From contig JBKJKE010000038.1 of the NCBI GenBank assembly GCA_046597605.1, forward strand, positions 75,703 to 139,702: 64,000 nucleotides of DNA, read 5' to 3'. The stretch comes from Limisphaerales bacterium. GTDB taxonomy: Bacteria; Verrucomicrobiota; Verrucomicrobiia; Limisphaerales; JACDHS01. A program made the position numbers and the translations under genes. The notes under the pieces are model-generated. The model ran no database searches. It was not told the DNA's origin and was given only the letters and a program-made list of their open reading frames with translations. Shown one piece after another: positions 27,557 through 38,709 of this stretch (positions are counted from its first letter, which is position 1; every line of letters begins with the position of its first letter).

Positions 27557-29041
27557 ATGAAGCTCATAGCGCGATTGTCCGTAACTCTTGTCGCCACGCT
27601 GTCGTCCAGCCTCTTATCTCATCAACGTAACATGACTAGAAAACTTCTGTGTGCAAAGGCAGTGTCCCGGATTGGGATCTCCATCTGTCTTTTTCTTTCC
27701 ATCGTCACCACCGCTTTTGGGAAAACAGATCGACCCAATATTGTTTTCATCATTGTGGACGATCTTCGCTGGGACACCCTTAGCATCAGCGGACATCCTT
27801 TTTCCAGGACTCCGAACATTGATCGCATCGGGAAGGAAGGTGCCCTGTTCAAAAACGCGTTTGTCACCACACCACTTTGTTCTCCAGCACGCGCCAGCTT
27901 TCTGACCGGGACCTATGTCCATCAAAACGGGATTCGGGGAAATGGCCAGGAATATTCAAAACCGAGCCATGAACTGGTCACCTTCCCGAAACTCTTGCGC
28001 GATGTCGGATATGAAACCGCTTATGTCGGGAAGTGGCACATGGGTAATGACGATTCAGCACGTCCTGGGTTCGATCATTGGGTCAGCTTCAAGGGACAAG
28101 GCGTTTACGAAAACCCTGCCCTTAATGTAAACGGCAAATCAGAGAAAGTGACGGGCTACATTACCGACATCTTGAACGAACGCGCTGTTGAATACCTGAA
28201 ACAAGACCATCAAAAACCGTTCGTGCTTTATTTCGCCCACAAAGCGGTTCACGGGCCATTCACTCCAGCCCCTCGCCACAAAGGAGCCTATGCCGATAAC
28301 AAAATCACATTCGCTCCCAGCATCAAAGATTCACTCGAAGGCAAACCTGCGGTGACTCGCGAAGTAGAAGAAAAGCGACCCGGAATGAACGCGGCACGGC
28401 GCGCACGCAAAGAGTTGGTAGGGCCAAAGCTCCCCGAAGGAACAGTTTGTAATCAATTAGAGTGTTTAATTTCCATTGATGAAGGGGTTGGAAAAGTTTT
28501 GAAAGCCTTGGAGGAAAGTAAACAACTGGATAATACCCTAATCATCTTCACCAGTGACAACGGCTATTTCTGGGGTGAACACGGGCTCGGCGATAAACGA
28601 TGGGCTTACGAAGAATCGATTCGAGTTCCCCTGCTCATTCGTTATCCGAAGCTGATCAAGAGCGGCACTAAACTAGATCAACTCGCACTGAACATCGACA
28701 TCGCTCCAACCCTTCTCGAGCTCGGTGGCGCAACTATTCCCAAAGAGGTCGCCGGCAAATCGCTACTGCCGCTGTTCAAAAATAAACGCACCGATCTACG
28801 GGAATACGCCTTCCTGGAATATTTTGCCGAATCTGCTTACGTGAAACACCCAGGCTGGCAAGCGGTTCGATCGGATCGATATAAATACATTCACTACACG
28901 GCTCTCGATGGAATGGATGAGTTCTATGATCTCAAACAGGATCCTTACGAAATGAAGAACCTGATAAAGGATCCGAAAGCGGACAAAGCACTCGCAAAAT
29001 TAAAGGCTGAGCAAACCAGGTTCTTCAAAGGGACACATTAA
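27557..29041 (+). CDS. sulfatase (formylglycine-dependent arylsulfatase family), secreted
   Basis: CSPARASFLTG (C-x-P-x-R FGly motif), metal-binding DDLRWD N-terminus, signal/TM segment. True start may be the internal MTRKLL. Confidence 0.9.
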   Translation: MKLIARLSVTLVATLSSSLLSHQRNMTRKLLCAKAVSRIGISICLFLSIVTTAFGKTDRPNIVFIIVDDLRWDTLSISGHPFSRTPNIDRIGKEGALFKNAFVTTPLCSPARASFLTGTYVHQNGIRGNGQEYSKPSHELVTFPKLLRDVGYETAYVGKWHMGNDDSARPGFDHWVSFKGQGVYENPALNVNGKSEKVTGYITDILNERAVEYLKQDHQKPFVLYFAHKAVHGPFTPAPRHKGAYADNKITFAPSIKDSLEGKPAVTREVEEKRPGMNAARRARKELVGPKLPEGTVCNQLECLISIDEGVGKVLKALEESKQLDNTLIIFTSDNGYFWGEHGLGDKRWAYEESIRVPLLIRYPKLIKSGTKLDQLALNIDIAPTLLELGGATIPKEVAGKSLLPLFKNKRTDLREYAFLEYFAESAYVKHPGWQAVRSDRYKYIHYTALDGMDEFYDLKQDPYEMKNLIKDPKADKALAKLKAEQTRFFKGTH

Positions 29042-30480
29042 TGAAACGCTCGCTGTTGCTAATCGGAGCCATTCTGCTGGCTGCAATTCCTCTCCTTGCC
29101 AAAGAGCAGAAAAAACATCCGAATGTCCTCCTGATCCTATCCGATGATTTAACGTGCGCTCTTGGCAGCTACGATCATCCGATCGCCAAAACTCCCCGGA
29201 TAGATGCGTTTGCGAAGAGTGGCGTCCGATTTGAGCGCGCGTATTGCCAGTATCCACTCTGCGCACCCAGCCGTGCATCGTTCATGACTGGCCGGCGTCC
29301 GGATATCACCCAGCTTCTCGGCAACAGCGGGCACTTTCGCACAGCGTTGCCCGATGCCGTCACCATGCCGCAATTCTTCCAGAAGCAAGGATACTTCGCC
29401 GCACGCGTAGGAAAAATCTATCATTACGGCGTCCCCGGTCAGATTGGCACCGATGGAGTGGATGATCCTGTTTCCTGGAACAAAGTGATCAACCCTATGG
29501 GTATCGATAAGACCGATGCCGACGATCTCGTTAATTTCACTCCCGGAATGAAAAACATCGGCGGAGCGTTGACCTGGTTTAAGTCGAAAGGAACAGACGA
29601 AGAACAGACCGATGGCAAAGTAGCCGAGGAAACAATTCGTCTACTGGAAGCGAATAAAGACAAACCCTTCTTCATTGCCGCAGGCTTCTATCGTCCGCAC
29701 GTCCCCTGTGTGGCGCCCAGAAAATATTTCGATCTCTATCCGCTCGATAAAATCAAACCGGTGAAGTATCCAGCCGAACATCTCAAAGCAATTCCACCCA
29801 TGGCATTTGGCGATTGCCGTGACAGCTACGATGCCCTGACTGATCAACAACAACGTCAGTTCATCCAAGCCTATCTCGCCAGTGTTACTTTCATGGATGC
29901 CCAGGTCGGCAAGGTGCTGGATGCAATCGATCGATTAAAGCTGGCTGACGATACCGTGGTGATCTTCGCCAGTGATCATGGATGGCACTTAGGGGAACAT
30001 GGTCTTTGGCAGAAGATGTCTCTCTTTGAGGAAAGCGCACGTGTTCCTTTGATGATTCGTGTTCCAGGAGCAAAAGGAAATGGACGCTCCACCGCGCGCA
30101 ATGTTGAACTCATCGATCTTTACCCTACAGCAGTAGAAGCTTGTGGCTTCACCGTCCCGACCAAACTGGATGGCAAAAGCCTGGTCCCCTTGCTCCAAAA
30201 CCCAAAAGCAATATGGAATCGTCCAGCCTTCACGCAGGTCGGCAATCCAGGTTCCGAACGCCAGGGACGGTCGGTGCGAACTGAACAATGGACCTATATT
30301 GAATGGAGCAACGGCGATGGGGGAAAACAACTTTACGATCGCAAGCGGGACCCTAAAGAACTGAACAATCTTGCCGAAAATCCTGAATTTTCGAAGATTG
30401 TGCAGGAATTGCGCGCATTGCTGCGAAAACCCGCACCCAAAACGATCAAAATCAAAAAACGGGCTTCCGGGAAAATATAG
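29041..30480 (+). CDS. sulfatase (formylglycine-dependent), secreted
   Basis: CAPSRASFMTG FGly motif and signal peptide MKRSLLLIGAILLAAIPLLA. Its start overlaps the stop of the upstream sulfatase. Confidence 0.9.
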   Translation: MKRSLLLIGAILLAAIPLLAKEQKKHPNVLLILSDDLTCALGSYDHPIAKTPRIDAFAKSGVRFERAYCQYPLCAPSRASFMTGRRPDITQLLGNSGHFRTALPDAVTMPQFFQKQGYFAARVGKIYHYGVPGQIGTDGVDDPVSWNKVINPMGIDKTDADDLVNFTPGMKNIGGALTWFKSKGTDEEQTDGKVAEETIRLLEANKDKPFFIAAGFYRPHVPCVAPRKYFDLYPLDKIKPVKYPAEHLKAIPPMAFGDCRDSYDALTDQQQRQFIQAYLASVTFMDAQVGKVLDAIDRLKLADDTVVIFASDHGWHLGEHGLWQKMSLFEESARVPLMIRVPGAKGNGRSTARNVELIDLYPTAVEACGFTVPTKLDGKSLVPLLQNPKAIWNRPAFTQVGNPGSERQGRSVRTEQWTYIEWSNGDGGKQLYDRKRDPKELNNLAENPEFSKIVQELRALLRKPAPKTIKIKKRASGKI

Positions 30481-30911
30481 CTCTCATCCGACCAATTTCT
30501 AGATTCTAAAATCCAGGCGAACGCGTGTACGGTCGGGTTTTAGACTAATTCACAATGAATTTCCAAAACACTGTCGGCCCGAAGGGATAAAAATCAGGCA
30601 AACAAGGTCGAGCTTTAGCGTCTTTTGACATAAGCCATCCCCTCCACCTGACCAAAACACCGTCATTGGAGCTTCTCGTCTTTCGCAGCAAGAACACATT
30701 CCAATTAACCCCGAAAGCAAACCTGAGACAATCAGGCACAATTCGTTACAAATATGTCGTTCATTTATACTCGCCGCATCAGGGAAAATTCTGATACCTA
30801 AACATCGTCCCGGACGTAACGCCTTCCTCCGGCTTTCGGCGAAGGTGCCAATAAGTTAGAGGTGTAGACACGGAAGGGAACCAGCAACAAGATATAATAC
30901 TCAGTCAAACT

Positions 30912-33089
30912 ATGACTCTGCTTCAATTCACAATAGCCGCGATTGTAGTAATCGTGATCCTCATCGCGTTTGGAACATTCGCATTTTGCATTCGAAAAAT
31001 CCAGCCCGGTCGGGCAGGAATTACCACTGGATTGCGGGGAGTCCGAGTCTCATTTGACTATATGGTGAGAATTCCATTCTTCCAGAATTACCACATCGTC
31101 GACATCTCCGTGAAGAAGCTGGAGATCTCCCGTAAAGCTAAGGACGGTCTCGTCTGCAAAGACAACATCCGGGCTGATATCACCGTTGCCTTTTACATCC
31201 GGGTTGAGGCCACCGAAGACAGTGTCCGCAAAGTTGCCATGATGCTGACACCCGAACGTGTCGCGGATATGGAACAGCTGCGCGAGTTGTTTGAAGCCAA
31301 ATTCTCCGAGGCATTGAAGACCGCGGGCAAACAGATGGAGTTCCATGAACTCTTCACCGAACGCACCAAGTTCCGCGATCAGATTCAGGGCACAATCGGA
31401 AAAGATTTGGACGGGTTCTTTTTGCAGGACGTGGCGATCGATTACCTCGAACAAACTCCGCTTGATCAACATGACCCGAACAATGTGCTCGATGCCGAAG
31501 GTATCAAGAAGATCACCCAGATCACCCAGCGCGAACGCGTCAGCGCCAACGAATTTTCCCAACGCACCTCTGTTCAGATCGAAAAAGAGAATGCCGATGC
31601 TGATATCGCCAAGCGCGAACAGAAACGGCGCAACGAAGAAGACATGGCCAAGCAGCATCGCGTGATCACCGAGATCCGTGCGAACGAAGAAGCAGAAGCC
31701 CGCAAGATCATCGAAGCCCGCCGCCAGGAAGTGGAAGGCAAGCGCCTCGAAGCCGAAGAATCGATTCGTCTGCGCACGGAAGATATGAACCGCGCCGTCC
31801 AGGAACGGGAATTCACGGTCAAAAAAGAGAAACAACGGCTCGAACAGGAAGCGCAGCAGGAAGGCGAAGAAGCACGCGTCCGTCGCGAGCGCACCGTTGC
31901 TCTTGCCGAGATGGACAAGGAAACCAAGCTTGCTGAATCCGCGGTGGACGTGGAACGGAAACGCGCCACGGTCGTTGCCGAACAAAAAGCGGTGGTTCAA
32001 CAGCAGGAAGAAAAGCTGAACATCGAAGCTCGCATGACCGCTGAACGCGTTCGCGAGGTCACTCTGATTGAAGCGGAGATGAACGCCAAAAAAGGCCAGG
32101 TCGAAAAGGTCGTTGCTGCCGAAGCTCAAAAGGAAGTCGAACGGAATATCGCTGAAGGCGAAAAGATCAAGATGATCACGGCCGCCGAAGCGGGACGCGA
32201 TGCCGCAGTCCGCGACGCAGAGAGAATTCAAACGATGGCAGACGCCGAAGCAAAGGTTTCAGACAAACGCCGCCACGCCATGGAGCAGGAGGCCGAAGGT
32301 TTGGCGGCACGGGAAGCTGCGACCGGATTGGCCGAAGCCCGCGTGATCATTGCCAAATCGGGCGCACGCACGATCGAAGCAGCTTCCATCAAGGAGATGG
32401 GGCTGGCCGAAGCGGATGTCGTCAAAGCGCGCGGAGCAATCGACGCAGAAGTTATCGAACAGAAGACCGAGGCCGAAGCAGAAGGCGTTAAGAACAAAGA
32501 GTTGGCCATTGCTGCTGGTATCGAAGCAAGAGGTGTTGCGGAAGCAAAGGCAATCGAACAAAAGGCCGGCGCAATGAAGTTGTTGCACGACGCAGGTCAG
32601 CAACACGAAGAGTTCCGCCTCCGACTGGCCAAGGAACGCGACGTCGAACTCGCGCACATCAACGTGCAGCGGGATATCGCGCAGTCGCACTCCACACTCG
32701 TTGGCGAAGCGCTCAAGAGCGCCAAGATCGACATCGTCGGCGGCGAAAACGACTTCTTCGAGAAGATCGTGCGTGCGGTTGGCAACGGCAAGTCTGTGGA
32801 CCGCCTCGTCAATAACAGCGACACGCTTAAGGATATCAAGAACACGTTCTTCAACGGCGACTCCGAGCATTTCAAGACTCAGTTGCGCCAATGGGTGGAT
32901 CAGTTCGGAGTCACAAGCGAAGACGTGAAGAACCTCACGATCTCTGCTTTGATCGCGAAGTTGATGTCGAGCACGAGCGATTCGTCGATGCTCTCGGTTC
33001 TCAGCTCTGCCCTGTCCGCAGCGAAGAGCAGCGGAATGGCAGACGCTCCGGCATCGTCCGTGATCACCCAGACCCTCGTGCGTAACTAA
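30912..33089 (+). CDS. flotillin / SPFH (band 7) family protein, long form with extended Glu/Ala/Lys/Arg-rich coiled coil
   Basis: N-terminal TM helix IAAIVVIVILIAFGTFAF, SPFH core (GITTGLRGVRVSFDYMVRIPFFQNYHIVDIS...), then ~450 aa of EA-rich heptad-like sequence typical of the flotillin domain. Confidence 0.85.
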   Translation: MTLLQFTIAAIVVIVILIAFGTFAFCIRKIQPGRAGITTGLRGVRVSFDYMVRIPFFQNYHIVDISVKKLEISRKAKDGLVCKDNIRADITVAFYIRVEATEDSVRKVAMMLTPERVADMEQLRELFEAKFSEALKTAGKQMEFHELFTERTKFRDQIQGTIGKDLDGFFLQDVAIDYLEQTPLDQHDPNNVLDAEGIKKITQITQRERVSANEFSQRTSVQIEKENADADIAKREQKRRNEEDMAKQHRVITEIRANEEAEARKIIEARRQEVEGKRLEAEESIRLRTEDMNRAVQEREFTVKKEKQRLEQEAQQEGEEARVRRERTVALAEMDKETKLAESAVDVERKRATVVAEQKAVVQQQEEKLNIEARMTAERVREVTLIEAEMNAKKGQVEKVVAAEAQKEVERNIAEGEKIKMITAAEAGRDAAVRDAERIQTMADAEAKVSDKRRHAMEQEAEGLAAREAATGLAEARVIIAKSGARTIEAASIKEMGLAEADVVKARGAIDAEVIEQKTEAEAEGVKNKELAIAAGIEARGVAEAKAIEQKAGAMKLLHDAGQQHEEFRLRLAKERDVELAHINVQRDIAQSHSTLVGEALKSAKIDIVGGENDFFEKIVRAVGNGKSVDRLVNNSDTLKDIKNTFFNGDSEHFKTQLRQWVDQFGVTSEDVKNLTISALIAKLMSSTSDSSMLSVLSSALSAAKSSGMADAPASSVITQTLVRN

Positions 33090-33230
33090 TCGAATGCGAA
33101 GCATGCGAACGCTTGAGCAGGAATGAATTGCGAGCCTCGAACTCCCGGCAGGTTGCTCGGACTTCGAGCCCTGGTTCATCACTGTTGAGTGTTCGTCGTT
33201 TTAGGAATTCCGTGATTCGTCAGTATCCTT

Positions 33231-36200
33231 TTGTTTGAGGTAACAATGGCCGACAACTTACCGAAAGAGCAGACCACCACCCCTGCTCCAGAGCAAACAC
33301 CGGGGGCATCGTCTGTCCTGGGCAATGCGACGTATGAAATCATTCGTCAGCGTTTGCAAAGCCAGGGCAACCTGCTGCGCGAACGTATGTCCAAGCTGGA
33401 TGGCGCGCGACAAGAGGTCTTTGGCAATGTTGAGTTCAAGCTTCTCCAGGCAGATCGCATCACCACATCCCACAACTGCATTCCGCAGGACATGGTGCAA
33501 CTCGGTCACGGACGCTTTCTCTTTGGATTCAATATCCAGTTCGGCCTGAAGAAGGAAATTGAGCTCACCGATGTCTTCGCAATTTACCATCGTGATCAGG
33601 AGGCCGGCACATTCAAGGAATCGGATCTCGAATCATTGGGAGACAAAAACTTTCTCACCGACTTCAAGCGTCTTTACAACGTTTATACCAAAGCTTCGTT
33701 CAGCAAGTTTTCCGTGATCGAAGGCTGCCTCTACATGGTGTTCAACACCGGCAGCGGAGCAAATGACCATGCGGTTTTTAAATGGGCATTCCTGGGAGAT
33801 GCATTGCGTTATGTCGATGGCCGCGCCGAAAGCGAATACCGCAAAGTTGGTTTTCCGCCACCGTTCGAGTTCCGTTGGCAAACTCCGAATCGCGAATCAT
33901 TTCGTTATGGAGACCATCCTCATATCTCGATCGAAGACCGCGTATTCGTAGAATGCGTCGGCGGCGATCTCACGATCAAAGTCGAAGACAACACGAAGAC
34001 TGGGGAAGGTGTTTTTAGTGAACCGGTTGAGGACAAGAACCAGAAAGTCGATGATGCAGAGATCGCTTATGCGATCATTGAGCATTTGATCCTTCTCAAG
34101 ATTCGCCCGTACAAGGAAACGAACCCGCGTTTTTTCATCTTCAACGAGAAGCTGAACCAGGCCGTGCGCGTGGATTCACTAGGGCAATCGTGCGTGCTCC
34201 TCCCGGAAGATCACGGACTTATTTTTCCGGACGGATATTATCTGGGCACTGGCGAACTGAAACAGTTCGAGAGCAAAGAAAAAGGGATGACAATTGAGCG
34301 CGTCATCAATTCGCCCAACGGCGAAGATTCTCTCTACGTCTTTTATGGTCGCGAGAAAGGCGAGTATTCGCTCATGCCCTATCGGTTGATCTCACAGAAG
34401 GTCGAAGAGCGAATCAGTTGCCACGGTTACTCCCTTTTTCCCAACGGTCACCTGGTTTCCTTCCGCAGCGAACCAGAAGCGCAGAAGCATCACATGATTC
34501 AGCTTCGGCAAACCCCGTTCTATCAAGCGGGCCACGAGCCAAGCGGTAAGAAAGACGCTTTCCTTTACCAGGTTGGAAACAAGGATGTCGTTCGCGCCCT
34601 GGCCGAATGCAACGAAGTCCTGACGCTCGTCCGGAAAGAAAATCCATACGCAGAACTCTATTCCGACCTGGTGAAGCGCTGTAGTTCGATGCTGGATGCG
34701 TATCCCTGGCTCAATACGGAACACGCATTCGGAATCAACGAGGCGTTGCGCCAGGTGCGGGAAGTTGCCGACAAAGCCGTCGACGAATTCGACAAGGTTC
34801 GTCGGATGCAACGCGAGGCAGTCCAGAAGGTGAAAGAGGTTCGAGAACGGACCGAAGAACGCTTCAACTTATTGCGCCGAGCCAGTTTCAATAAGCTCGA
34901 AGACTTCGTTCATAATCTTTCAGCATTGCGCCATCTCCGCGGTGAACTCATCACCCTCAAGGAACTTCGATACGTGGACGTCGCTCTGCTTGAAACGATC
35001 GAGAAACAAGTTACCGAACAGACAGAGCAACTTTCCACCTCATGCGTCCAGTTCCTGCTCAAGCCGGAAGCTCTTGAGCCGTATCGCAAGCAAGCCGCCG
35101 AACAATCTGCGGCAGTCGAAAAGGTCACGAGGACAGCCGAAGGTAAAAAGATCGAGAAAGCTGTGTCCGAGGCGGGTGCCGAACTCGAGATGCTGATCGA
35201 GATCGTAAACAGTCTTAAGATTGAGGATGCCACCGAAACGACGCGTATTATTGATGCGATCACCACGGTATATTCAACGCTGAACCAGATTAAAGCGGCG
35301 TTGAAGAAACAGTTGCAGAGTCTTGCTGCCGCCGAAGGTGCCGCCCAGTTCAGTGCTCAAATTAAGTTACTAAGCCAGGCCGCGGCAAGTTACCTGGACC
35401 TGTGCGATTCACCGGCGAAATGTGATGAATACCTCAATCGCATCACAGTGCAACTGGAAGAACTTGAAGGCACTTTTGCAGATTTCGAAGAATACACGGT
35501 TCAACTGTCCGATCGCCGGACAGAACTCTACGAAGCGTTTGAACAAAGGAAGATCGCTTTAGTCGAACAACGCAATCGCAAGGCCAACGGTCTTCTGACC
35601 GCAGCGGAACGCATCTTGAAGGTAATCCAGAATCGTTTGGCTGGATTCGGGACGATCGAAGACATCAACACCTACATGGCCTCGGATATGATGGCCGCGA
35701 AGGTGCGCGAAACGATCGTCCAGTTGCTCGCACTGGACGATGCAGTTAAAGCCGACGATTTGCAGGGCCGCATCAAAAGTGTTCACCAGGATGCGGTGCG
35801 ACAGCTGAAGGATCGCAACGAACTGTTCGTGGGCGGTGAGAACGTCATCCAGTTGGGGAAACATCGCTTCAACATCAACACCCAACCGCTCGACCTCACG
35901 GTGGTGAATCGGGACGGGGTCCAGAACATTCACCTTACCAGCACGAAGTATTTCGAAGAGATCACCGATCCAGAATTTCTTGCAACGCGCGAGGTATGGA
36001 ACCAGGAAGTCATTTCCGAAAACCAACTGGTCTACCGGGGCGAGTATCTTGCCTATAAGCTGCTGCAATCCCTTGAAGCCGAAAACAAGAGCGCAGAGGT
36101 TCTGGCCATGTCCGAGTCGGATCGGCTCGCCCTGTTGCAGAACTTCATGACCTCCCGTTATCAGGAGAGTTACACCAAGGGGATTCATGATCTTGATGGA

Positions 36201-38675
36201 GCCAGGATTTTCCATGCGTTACTAACCACTCACCAGGCGCTTCAACTCGCGCGCTTTCATCCAACGATACGTGCCTGTGCCGTGGTGTTCTGGTTCCAAT
36301 TCTGTCCGGCAGAGGCGCGAGCGCTCTGGACTTCCAAGCTCAAAGGCTTCGCTGAGAAGAATAAATTCTTCCCCGGTGACACCACACAACAGACTTACGT
36401 TACGGCGCTGCAAAAGCTGATTGGAAGTTTCATTGAAGAAACTCAGCTTTACGGGAAAGAGCACGCCGAGGCGGCTGGGGAATACCTCTTTCAACAACTC
36501 ATCAGCAGTGATTCCATCGTGGTGAGTTACGAGGCGGACAAACTGGTTGCAGATTTTAAAAAGCATCTCGCCTCCAAAGGCTGTGAGGATGCTTTTACCA
36601 AAGCAAATGAAGCATTAACGGAACACCCGGCCAGCCGATTGGAACTGATCCGCGATTGGTCGCGTGGGTTTCTTCTGAAGCAGGACGGACTCAATACTTA
36701 CTTGGAAGAAGTCAGCGCCCTGCTTTTCTGTGGCGACAAAGTGCAACGCAATGTAGTCCGCACCGAAACGACTGCAACGATCGAAGGAATTCGCGCCAGC
36801 CACAATCTGATCAATGGGAGCACCTATCATTTCGATTACCTGTCCTTCCAGGCGAAGCTAAAACGATTTGAGAAGGAAGTTGTGCCACCCTTCCTGCGGT
36901 ATCACGAACTGAAACAACAACTGGTGGAACGCGAGCGTCGTCGCTTGCGGTTGGATGAATTCAAACCGCGCGTGCTTGGTTCCTTCATGCGCAGCCAGTT
37001 GTTGGACGAAGTTTATCTGCCGATGGTCGGCGACAATCTGGCCAAGCAGATTGGTGCCGCAGGTGCGCAGAAGCGGACCGACTTGATGGGACTGCTCCTG
37101 CTGATTTCTCCTCCCGGTTACGGCAAAACCACGTTGATGGAGTATGTCGCCAGCCGTCTCGGGATCGTTTTCGTTAAGATCAACGGCCCTGCCCTCGGTC
37201 ATGAGGTGACTTCTCTCGATCCGGAAGAAGCACCGAACGCGGCAGCGCGTGAAGAAGTGCAGAAGCTGAACCTCGCGTTGGAAATGGGAGACAACGTCCT
37301 AATTTGTGTAGACGACATTCAGCACACCAATCCGGAGTTCCTCCAGAAGTTTATCTCCCTGTGCGACGGCCAACGCAAGATCGAAGGCGTGTGGCGTGGC
37401 AAACCGCGCACTTACGACCTACGCGGACGCAAAGTGGTGGTTGTAATGGCCGGCAATCCTTACACCGAGAGCGGTCAAAAATTCAAATTGCCCGACATGC
37501 TCGCGAACCGCGCGGACACCTACAATCTCGGCGATATCATTGGTGGAAAAATCGACTACTTCAAATCGAGCTACATCGAGAATGCGGTCACTTCCAATGC
37601 CATCCTGGCGCAGCTTGCGAACAAAAGTCAGAAAGACGTGCGCAATTTCATTCGGATGGCGCAGCAAGGTGACCGGGACACAGCCGGGTTCGAAGGAAGT
37701 TACTCCGCCCAGGAAGTTGAAGAGATTCTCTCGGTGGTTAAGAAGTTGGTCACAATCCGAGAAGTCGTTTTCAAGGTAAACCTCGAATACATCCATTCCG
37801 CCGCACAGTCGGACGAGTTCCGCACGGAACCCCCGTTCCGACTCCAGGGTTCGTATCGTAACATGAATCGGCTTACCGAAAAGGTTGTGCCGATTATGAA
37901 CGAAGACGAAGTGAAGGCGCTTTTGATTGATCATTACCGAAGTGAATCACAAACGCTGACGACGGGAGCCGAAGGCAACTTCCTCAAATTTAAAGAAATG
38001 ATGGGCTGGGCCACCCCTGAAGAAAAAGTGCGATGGGACGACATCAAGAGGACGTTCAAACGCAACCAACTCACCCGTGGGGTGGATCAAAGCGATGCCG
38101 CTGGGCGAGTCGTAGCGCAGCTATCCAGCGTTCAAGCTGGTCTTGAAGCAATCCAGGCTACGATGGAGAAGCAGCTTTCAAAACCGCAGCCGCAGTTCGT
38201 GGTGGATTTCTCCCCGCTCCAGCCAGGTCTTGAGTCCTTACGCGCTGCAATCGAGAGTCAGTCATCGAATTCAGCAAAGCAAAGCGGCGACGGAGCCATC
38301 ACGCGAAATGAAATCGTTATCTCGGAACAATTCACCGAAGCAATGAATTCATTGCGCGAGGAATTAAGTCGCGCAATTGCGGCAGACCGCGCCAGCACCG
38401 TGGCAGAACGCCTTTCCAACGTGTTGCATGAAATGAAGATCATGCACAGCACGCTGGCTACTCTGAAGGACGTTACTTCCCAACAGCGGGACCATTTGCG
38501 GAACGTTGAAGAAAAGCTGACGGCACAGGCAAAAGATGGCGTCGTGGAGTTCGCGCTGACTCAAGAAATGTTGCAGAACGAACAGGCGTTTCTGGACAAG
38601 TTTCAGCAGGCACTCTCACAGACGGAAAAACCGGCTGAACCTGAACCAATAAAGAAGCCCGGAAAGACAAAGTAG
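33231..38675 (+). CDS. giant (1814-aa) protein with a single AAA_5 (MoxR/dynein/McrB-type) ATPase domain embedded in long helical/coiled-coil regions
   Basis: Walker A LLISPPGYGKTTLMEY at ~aa 1277. Walker B-like VLICVDDIQH. AAA_5-type sensor/Arg-finger block VVVVMAGNPYTESGQKFKLPDMLANRADTYNL. The ~1200 residues before it and ~400 after it have no recognisable domain. Starts 141 nt after the flotillin gene. Confidence 0.8.
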   Translation: MFEVTMADNLPKEQTTTPAPEQTPGASSVLGNATYEIIRQRLQSQGNLLRERMSKLDGARQEVFGNVEFKLLQADRITTSHNCIPQDMVQLGHGRFLFGFNIQFGLKKEIELTDVFAIYHRDQEAGTFKESDLESLGDKNFLTDFKRLYNVYTKASFSKFSVIEGCLYMVFNTGSGANDHAVFKWAFLGDALRYVDGRAESEYRKVGFPPPFEFRWQTPNRESFRYGDHPHISIEDRVFVECVGGDLTIKVEDNTKTGEGVFSEPVEDKNQKVDDAEIAYAIIEHLILLKIRPYKETNPRFFIFNEKLNQAVRVDSLGQSCVLLPEDHGLIFPDGYYLGTGELKQFESKEKGMTIERVINSPNGEDSLYVFYGREKGEYSLMPYRLISQKVEERISCHGYSLFPNGHLVSFRSEPEAQKHHMIQLRQTPFYQAGHEPSGKKDAFLYQVGNKDVVRALAECNEVLTLVRKENPYAELYSDLVKRCSSMLDAYPWLNTEHAFGINEALRQVREVADKAVDEFDKVRRMQREAVQKVKEVRERTEERFNLLRRASFNKLEDFVHNLSALRHLRGELITLKELRYVDVALLETIEKQVTEQTEQLSTSCVQFLLKPEALEPYRKQAAEQSAAVEKVTRTAEGKKIEKAVSEAGAELEMLIEIVNSLKIEDATETTRIIDAITTVYSTLNQIKAALKKQLQSLAAAEGAAQFSAQIKLLSQAAASYLDLCDSPAKCDEYLNRITVQLEELEGTFADFEEYTVQLSDRRTELYEAFEQRKIALVEQRNRKANGLLTAAERILKVIQNRLAGFGTIEDINTYMASDMMAAKVRETIVQLLALDDAVKADDLQGRIKSVHQDAVRQLKDRNELFVGGENVIQLGKHRFNINTQPLDLTVVNRDGVQNIHLTSTKYFEEITDPEFLATREVWNQEVISENQLVYRGEYLAYKLLQSLEAENKSAEVLAMSESDRLALLQNFMTSRYQESYTKGIHDLDGARIFHALLTTHQALQLARFHPTIRACAVVFWFQFCPAEARALWTSKLKGFAEKNKFFPGDTTQQTYVTALQKLIGSFIEETQLYGKEHAEAAGEYLFQQLISSDSIVVSYEADKLVADFKKHLASKGCEDAFTKANEALTEHPASRLELIRDWSRGFLLKQDGLNTYLEEVSALLFCGDKVQRNVVRTETTATIEGIRASHNLINGSTYHFDYLSFQAKLKRFEKEVVPPFLRYHELKQQLVERERRRLRLDEFKPRVLGSFMRSQLLDEVYLPMVGDNLAKQIGAAGAQKRTDLMGLLLLISPPGYGKTTLMEYVASRLGIVFVKINGPALGHEVTSLDPEEAPNAAAREEVQKLNLALEMGDNVLICVDDIQHTNPEFLQKFISLCDGQRKIEGVWRGKPRTYDLRGRKVVVVMAGNPYTESGQKFKLPDMLANRADTYNLGDIIGGKIDYFKSSYIENAVTSNAILAQLANKSQKDVRNFIRMAQQGDRDTAGFEGSYSAQEVEEILSVVKKLVTIREVVFKVNLEYIHSAAQSDEFRTEPPFRLQGSYRNMNRLTEKVVPIMNEDEVKALLIDHYRSESQTLTTGAEGNFLKFKEMMGWATPEEKVRWDDIKRTFKRNQLTRGVDQSDAAGRVVAQLSSVQAGLEAIQATMEKQLSKPQPQFVVDFSPLQPGLESLRAAIESQSSNSAKQSGDGAITRNEIVISEQFTEAMNSLREELSRAIAADRASTVAERLSNVLHEMKIMHSTLATLKDVTSQQRDHLRNVEEKLTAQAKDGVVEFALTQEMLQNEQAFLDKFQQALSQTEKPAEPEPIKKPGKTK

Positions 38676-38709
38676 CAATCGCAGTGTTCGGTAATCGGAG
38701 AAAAAGCAC

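Noticed and set aside
31050-32231. 393-aa minus-strand ORF inside the flotillin gene
   Set aside because: It is the mirror image of the Glu/Ala/Lys-rich coiled-coil coding sequence, and its translation is low complexity (F/L/A-rich).
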